From an uncultured Phycisphaerales bacterium (GTDB taxonomy: Bacteria > Planctomycetota > Phycisphaerae > Tepidisphaerales > Tepidisphaeraceae): 64,000 nucleotides of DNA. The DNA lies in contig CAVWVQ010000001.1 in the NCBI GenBank assembly GCA_963758525.1, positions 256,001 to 320,000 of the forward strand. The letters run 5' to 3'. The position numbers and the translations under genes are program-made. Positions 58,341 through 64,000 of the stretch are shown one piece after another (within the stretch, counting starts at the first letter, position 1; every line of letters begins with the position of its first letter). The notes under the pieces are model-generated. The model saw only the letters and a program-made list of their open reading frames with translations, was not told the DNA's origin and did no database searches.

Positions 58341-58360
58341 CGGGCCGAAAGGGGAGAACC

Positions 58361-59035
58361 AGGTGACATCCATCTTTCCTGACGATGCTCATCCGCTGAA
58401 TATATCATGCGGCCAGGCCCCGCACTTCTCGAGCCGCGATCGGCGGTCTGGTGTATCACGTTCTCAATCGCGGCAATGGCCGGCTGGAGATCTTCCGCAA
58501 GCCGGGAGACTTCCTGGCGTTTTGCGATCTGATGGTCGACGCCAAAGAAGAGGCCGAGATCGAAGTCTTCGGCTTCTGCCTGATGTCCAACCACTGGCAC
58601 ATGGTGGTGCGGCCGCGTCGGGATCAGGACCTGGCGAGGTACTTCTCCTGGCTGACCAATACGCACGTGAAGCGGTACCGTGCTCATTATCGGCGGACCA
58701 GCGGCCATCTCTATCAGGGTCGCGCAGGACTGGCACTGGTCGAGCCTGGGCTGCCAGAAAGAGCTGGCGAGACAACTGCTCGACGATTGGCCGATCGACC
58801 GCCCGCGGAACTGGACGGCGCTGGTGAACGAGCCGATGGATCCGGCCGCCGTGAAACGGGTGGCACTCAGCTTCGAGCGTGGCCGGCCGCTGGGAAGCGA
58901 TCCCTGGACCCTGAAAATGGCGGGCCGGATGGGGCTGCAATACACTCTGAATCCGAGAGGCAGGCCGAAGATGCCGGAAAAAGGCAAATAAAAACGGTGG
59001 ATGTCACCTTAACAGCTTCTCACCTTAACAGCTTC
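58361..59035 (+). mobile_element. HUH/Y1 (RAYT-like) transposase unit 2, pseudogene
   Basis: Start codon position is AGG; 95-bp deletion relative to unit 3 removes the catalytic Tyr; right end has a 16-bp tandem duplication TCACCTTAACAGCTTC. Confidence 0.88.
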
Positions 59036-59230
59036 CCCAATTGAAGGGATCACTTGGGATGGCAGGCAAGTCGTAATCCGGCAATCGCAAATCAAGGCCG
59101 TGGGATTACTTGAGGCCGTACCTGCGGCCGACGCGGAGTTCCTAAATGCCGAATACGTGGTTGAGGCTTTCAAGAGCTGTCCAACGAGTTTAAGACCGTC
59201 GTCAGAGTTGCTCCCGTTGGCGGATTTTAG
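59036..59230 (+). pseudogene. C-terminal fragment of a putative endonuclease toxin
   Basis: IEGITWDGRQVVIRQSQIKAVGLLEAVP...; with a 1-nt shift ends ELSNEFKTVVRVAPVGGF*; startless, abuts the element end. Confidence 0.45.
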
Positions 59231-59240
59231 CAGGCGTAAT

Positions 59241-59699
59241 ATGGAACCACCGTTTTTGAATATTTTGCGCCATCGGGCGAAAGGTGATTTTGCAATCATG
59301 AATTGGGTGCGTGATCCTAAATTTGGCTATTTTGTTGAATGGGGACAGCCAATATTCCTTCCGGCTGAATCGATGCAGTTCGATGGAATTCATGTTGTCG
59401 TCTCAAATCTGGGCTCATTCGCGGCTCGTGATCCTGCAGCGAATCCGGGGAATAGCGCGAGCCGGCTCGAAAAGATTCGATTCAATCGGGAACACGATGT
59501 GGTGCAGGTGGAACTAGTTTCGCCATTATCGCTGACGCTAAAGCCGCTTCATCGGGACGGCGGCGGTCGCTACGTGGGCGAAGCGGGCACGGCGTCCGAT
59601 AAATCGATCCGATTGCCATGTGAACCCGAGCATTTCTTCCGCGTGTTGCAAGATCGCTTCGATATCGCTAAGGAGCCAAATGCACGGAAGCGACGGTAG
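59241..59699 (+). CDS. Putative immunity protein (CdiI-like)
   Basis: 152 aa, immediately after the toxin-tip stop; LTLKPLHRDGGGRYVG...IRLP...FFRVLQDRF pattern; AT-rich. Confidence 0.5.
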   Translation: MEPPFLNILRHRAKGDFAIMNWVRDPKFGYFVEWGQPIFLPAESMQFDGIHVVVSNLGSFAARDPAANPGNSASRLEKIRFNREHDVVQVELVSPLSLTLKPLHRDGGGRYVGEAGTASDKSIRLPCEPEHFFRVLQDRFDIAKEPNARKRR

Positions 59700-59807
59700 G
59701 CGCCAGTGGTCTTGTTTCCGGCTGTCCGAAGTGGCGATGAATAACGCATAGTGGCCTGGGCTTGCCGACATCCGTCTCAACACTGCGCACTGATCGCGAG
59801 CGTCGCG

Positions 59808-60008
59808 ATGCAGACGACCACATTCGCCAACTACACCAACGGCAAGCCGGGCGACGTCACCGATCCGTTTGGCAACGTTACGCACAATCACTATGACAGC
59901 ACCACCGGCGATTTGCTTTCCACCACCACACAATACGGTACCGTCAGCGCCGAGATGACGTACTTCACCTACAGCGACGGCACCGGCGCAACCGCGAGCC
60001 TTCCCAAA
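59808..60008 (+). pseudogene. Rhs/YD-repeat internal fragment
   Basis: VTDPFGNVTHNHYDSTTGDLLS...TYFTY; cut at the unit-3 left end. Confidence 0.75.
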
Positions 60009-60771
60009 GAAGCTGTTAAGGTGACATCCATCTTTGATTGACAGACTTTTTGCCGGAGTTATGATCCAACTATGCCCCGCACGTCCCGCGCAGCTGTCGG
60101 CGGTCTTGTCTACCACGTTCTCAATCGCGGCAACGGCCGGCTGGAGATCTTCCGCAAGCCGGGAGACTTCCTGGCGTTTTGCGATCTGATGGTCGACGCC
60201 AAGGAAGAGGCCGAGATCGAAGTCTTCGGCTTCTGCCTGATGTCCAACCACTGGCACATGGTGGTGCGGCCGCGTCGGGATCAGGACCTGGCGAGGTACT
60301 TCTCCTGGCTGACCAATACGCACGCGAAGCGGTACCGTGCTCATTATCGGCGGACCAGCGGCCATCTCTATCAGGGTCGCTACAAGAGCTTCGTTGTCCA
60401 GGAAGATGGGCATTTGCTGACACTGCTGCGTTATGTGGAAGCCAATCCATTGCGGGCGAAGATGGTGGAGCGGGCGCAGGACTGGCACTGGTCGAGCCTG
60501 GGCTGCCAGAAGGAGCTGGCGAGACAACTGCTCGACGATTGGCCGATCGACCGCCCGCGGAACTGGACGGCGCTGGTGAACGAGCCGATGGATCCGGCCG
60601 CCGTGAAACGGGTGGCACTTAGCTTCGAGCGTGGCCGGCCGCTGGGAAGCGATCCCTGGACCCTGAAAATGGCGGGCCGGATGGGGCTGCAGTACACTCT
60701 GAATCCGAGAGGCAGGCCGAAGATGCCGGAAAAAGGCAGATAAAAACGGTGAATGTCACCTTAACAGCTTC
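60009..60771 (+). mobile_element. HUH/Y1 (RAYT-like) transposase unit 3, intact (CDS 60072-60743)
   Basis: YHVLNRGN, MSNHWH, GHLYQGRYKS and RYVEANP motifs; inverted ends GAAGCTGTTAAGGTGACAT. Confidence 0.93.
60038..60065 (+). promoter_or_regulatory. Promoter of transposase unit 3 (probably leaderless mRNA)
   Basis: TTGACA-16 bp-TATGAT, with ATG 6 nt downstream. Confidence 0.65.
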
Positions 60772-60853
60772 CTGGCGAGGAATATGAGCCTGGCCCGTGA
60801 ATGACATTCGGTATGCGCAAAATGGTTAGTCGTTTGCTGCTCGACACGCAGAA

Positions 60854-61444
60854 ATGATCGCCGTGAGGGATACTATCGCGGTGTTGGACTCCGAATTGCA
60901 AACGGAAAGTGGAGAGGTGGCACGCTGGTGTCTCGCCTGTTGTGCAGTCTCGACGCTTGTTCTGCTATGGGTTGTAAGCTATTCCTATCGTTTCAGTGTT
61001 TCCTTCAATCGCTCGGGGAATTTTGCCCGTCGAGTCGAGACGAATTATGATCGCCTTAGCTGCAATCGCGGCAGGATCCTTTGGTGCCGCCAGTGGGCAC
61101 AGCCTTTCGATCCAGATCCGCACACTGCCTTTGGGTCGCTTAACTTCGAACTGATGCACCTCAAACCAGGTCTTTCAGCAGCGTTATTGCCCTCATCTTC
61201 AGATGCTACTGGACGGATCGCTGTGTTCGGGTTCGCGCATTATCGATTTCACGAGGATGGACCAAATGCGCCGTATGGCACCCGGTCCAGGACTGATGAG
61301 TGGCAATGCCCTATAGCGCTATTCGTCGTTGTCGGCTGCCTCCCGGTTGCCGCAATGATACGACGGTTTATTCGCCAGCGACGTCGAGCGGGGCGCGGGT
61401 TTGCGATTGTGCGTCAGCGGGCGCCCAAAACTAGCCGCCTATGA
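60854..61444 (+). CDS. Hypothetical two-TM membrane protein
   Basis: N- and C-terminal TM helices, basic tail RRRAGRGF; AT-rich. Confidence 0.6.
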   Translation: MIAVRDTIAVLDSELQTESGEVARWCLACCAVSTLVLLWVVSYSYRFSVSFNRSGNFARRVETNYDRLSCNRGRILWCRQWAQPFDPDPHTAFGSLNFELMHLKPGLSAALLPSSSDATGRIAVFGFAHYRFHEDGPNAPYGTRSRTDEWQCPIALFVVVGCLPVAAMIRRFIRQRRRAGRGFAIVRQRAPKTSRL

Positions 61445-61675
61445 GCGCTTCAAAACCAGCCACGGCACCCGCCCGGGTTCCGGTGGCATCCGAGGCAAAA
61501 CCAGCCAGCGCGCCCGCCGGGATTTTCGCTCCGCAAGTGAACTCACATGCGTCGGAGCCGAGAGGGGAAACCGTCGGGTTATCGGGCGACGTGAGGAAAG
61601 GGGGACGTGAGGAACGGGGGTGAGGGTGAGGTTGCGGTGCGAGAACAGCAGGGTTTTTTTTTGCCCGAAGGCTCG

Positions 61676-62554
61676 TCATATGCGGCTACGACGGACAAGC
61701 AAGCCAAAAGAGCCGAGCCCCAGCAACGCCAGCGAAGCAGGCTCGGGGAGGTCGGGGTCAGCGTTGTATGCCATCCCGCTGGCGGCTGTGAAGCTGAAGC
61801 CGTCGGTCATTGGGGTCACCGTGAAAAAACCGGTGTCTAAGTCGTCCATCGTGATGCCTCCACCGGTGCCCTCATGGAGATCGACGCTATAGTTTCGAAT
61901 CTGCAAGAGGTCGCCCAATACCACGGACGTACCCGACTCCAGCGTGAGGTCCACCGTCATCGTGGCGTCTTCGGGAGAATCTGAATTAAAGTTGTTGTAC
62001 GCGTCTGGATAATGATCAAGTTCGGCGACCTTGCCGATATACGGTCCCCCAAACGCAACGGACCCATTTTCGAAAAGACTCAGTGAGTTGACATAATCGG
62101 CGTAGCCATATTCCACGTATTGGTCTGACCCGTACAGCCTGGCCGACCCGTCGAAGTTAAGTGTCACCTGGAAGTCGCCACTCTGGTTGGCGGGACCAGA
62201 GATATGGAACGTGTCGAACGCGTATAAGTCAGCCCCGTTACCTCCTCCTCCAAGGTTGGGAAGCCAAGTGGTCGCCGACGAGGCGTGCAGCGCGCCATCA
62301 TTTATTGTGCCGGAGAACTGGCTGATCGTCCCGCTATTTGAAGTTAGGTTAAAGCTGTCCGAGTAAGAAAGCTGTGGCAAATTTGAAACGTTGACGCCGG
62401 GGGCCGAATCGCCGCCGACACCTCCCTGGTCAGCAAACGATATTCCGTAGAGAGGGGCCGCTCGGGCCGCTAACGGCTTCATCCACATCGCAAAGACACC
62501 AACGCCGCACAGCAGCGCGAGCGCATGCGGCGCTCTCCATCGCAGTGTAGACAT
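61676..62554 (-). CDS. PEP-CTERM sorting-domain protein
   Basis: Signal peptide; C-terminus LPEPASLALLGLGSFGLLVRRSRI. Confidence 0.9.
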   Translation of the reverse strand: MSTLRWRAPHALALLCGVGVFAMWMKPLAARAAPLYGISFADQGGVGGDSAPGVNVSNLPQLSYSDSFNLTSNSGTISQFSGTINDGALHASSATTWLPNLGGGGNGADLYAFDTFHISGPANQSGDFQVTLNFDGSARLYGSDQYVEYGYADYVNSLSLFENGSVAFGGPYIGKVAELDHYPDAYNNFNSDSPEDATMTVDLTLESGTSVVLGDLLQIRNYSVDLHEGTGGGITMDDLDTGFFTVTPMTDGFSFTAASGMAYNADPDLPEPASLALLGLGSFGLLVRRSRI

Positions 62555-62814
62555 TCTCTCCTCCGTATCCCTGGGCCCGATCTGCAGAACTTAGCACCAA
62601 TTCATATTTTTTTGAAAGCAGGCAACCGGCAGCCCATTGGCCCAGTACCATGCAAACCGAACAGCATCGAAATTGTTTTACAAGTTCGTCCAGAACGAGT
62701 CAAGATATGCTCAGCTCGCTGGGCGTGGGGACAATTTGGAGGGGGTGCGTTGACCGGTGATGTCCGACACATGCCCCAAATCCCCAGCGGCAATCGGCGG
62801 TCTGACAATTGAAA

Positions 62815-63408
62815 CTACCCTTGCGACCCCCTCCGGTGGCTGAACCCGGCGTAGATGAGCATGTTTCGCATCAACTCCGTGGCGCTCTTGGGCGAGTAGC
62901 CGTCTACTCCGTCCACTTTCTGCCCGACCATCCCCTCGGTGAGGTCTTCGCGGCTGTAGAAGACCTCGACACGCCCGCCATGCTGGATTGCGCGAATGCG
63001 CGGTGTCCGAACACTCCCCTCAAGGACGGAGCGGGCATAGGGACGATAGCTCACGTCCAGAATGGCCATCTTGGGGAGGTTGAATATCGGGTGGTCCGGC
63101 TGCAGCGTTTCGACAAGTCCTTTTTCCGCGTCGGCCCCAAGCGAAGTCCTCAGCTCCGCCTCGATGGAGTCGGCAAAGTCGCTGCTACCGCCGGCGGCGT
63201 CGATGATCAGCGTTCCGCCGCGGCTGATCCACTCGAGAAGCGCGGCCCGCTGATCGTCGGTCAGCTTAATTTTGGTCGTCCCGGTGAGATGGGCGACTTT
63301 GTAAGGGCCAAGAGAGCCGGCATCGAATTCTGCCGGAGTTGCGGTTAATGCGATCTTGGCCTCGTTGTGGAGAACAGCGGTCATCCGGTTCCATGCGCCA
63401 GGCTCAGG
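62815..63408 (-). pseudogene. DUF4159-like C-terminal fragment truncated at the unit-4 end
   Basis: PEPGAW...HLTGT...GGTLIIDAAGGSSDF...SREDLT. Confidence 0.65.
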
Positions 63409-63909
63409 AATCGCCTAACGGGACAGGTCCAATTCTTTTGCCTTTTGCTCGCTCGCCTGCCGCGCGGCCGCAACGGGCCGAGCCCCAACTGTCTCTCGGT
63501 CTTGGGGGTCCATGCGGGCGAACCGTACGGACGATTATGCCGGATCGCGTGGAAAACCGCACCCATCTCCGCGTTGGTCTGCGGCTGGTTGACCCATTCG
63601 ACCCAATCGCGACGCCGTCGGACCGGCCAGCGGCAGAGGGGAATGCGCGGCACGTCGTCGGTCGCCGGGCGCATCGACTGGCCAAGGCTGGACCATCGCC
63701 AGTCCTCTGCCCGCGTGACGATGTTGGCCCGCAGCGGATTGCGCTCAACGTATCGCACCAACGTGGAGAAGTGCGCATCGTCCTGGACGGGGAAGGACTT
63801 GTAGCGGCCCTGATAGACTGATCCATATCCCACCCGATGGCGATGTTCCACCCATCGCCGAACATGTGTGATGGTGAGCCGTTGCAAGTTTCGTCCGGTT
63901 AGAAGTTTT
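63408..63909 (-). mobile_element. HUH/Y1 (RAYT-like) transposase unit 4 (divergent, 5'-deleted)
   Basis: YQGRYKSFPVQ, RYVERNP and WRWSS motifs; ends GAATCGCCTAACGGGACAG and (minus strand) AAAACTTCTAACCGGAC. Confidence 0.85.
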
Positions 63910-64000
63910 CGCGGCGCATCGGATAGCGCAGGACTCTACGTGGTTTTGGAAATCGGTTTCGCCTGCGGCGACACGGCGGGCATGCCCACCGGCTAAACGA

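Noticed and set aside
56103..60771. Diversity-generating retroelement (near-identical repeats next to an intron fragment)
   Set aside because: No reverse transcriptase in the window; the repeats are whole transposase genes and their differences are not adenine-specific
56103..63909. Classical integron or canonical dif site
   Set aside because: No tyrosine integrase, no attC-type GTTRRRY palindromes, and no XerD-type TTATGT(T/C)AA arm seen

Overview
GC-rich bacterial chromosome window. Gene content (DUF1549/DUF1553, DUF1501, DUF4058, PEP-CTERM, CxxCGYDL...CPECG protein) points to Planctomycetota, probably Phycisphaerae/Tepidisphaerales. 1-14.7 kb: the tRNA-Thr-tuf-rpmG-tRNA-Trp-secE-nusG-rplKAJL-rpoBC superoperon (minus strand), interrupted by small accessory genes. 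These include a BrnT/BrnA toxin-antitoxin pair bracketed by a 32-bp duplication of the rpoB 3' end. 15.6-21.4 kb: a minimal WXG100 + FtsK/EccC-like (type VII-like) operon. 21.7-52 kb: mostly housekeeping genes (ABC transporter, ychF, tRNA-Arg, cobalamin riboswitch + BtuB-like receptor, MscS, ribF, trxA, M16 peptidases, panB, HtrA, ECF sigma). Two identical copies of a 143-bp MITE with 8-bp TSDs lie at 14.7 kb and 28.3 kb. 52.7-64 kb: a mobile-element hot spot with ISAzo13, IS5, IS630 and a 5' group II intron fragment. It also holds four HUH/Y1 (RAYT-like) transposase units bounded by conserved inverted 'arm+spacer' ends, which alternate with truncated polymorphic-toxin/immunity and other cargo cassettes. 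This array is the best candidate for an undescribed system. Many single-base frameshifts, including in nusG and ychF, suggest sequencing indel errors. All family assignments come from motif recognition, not database searches.
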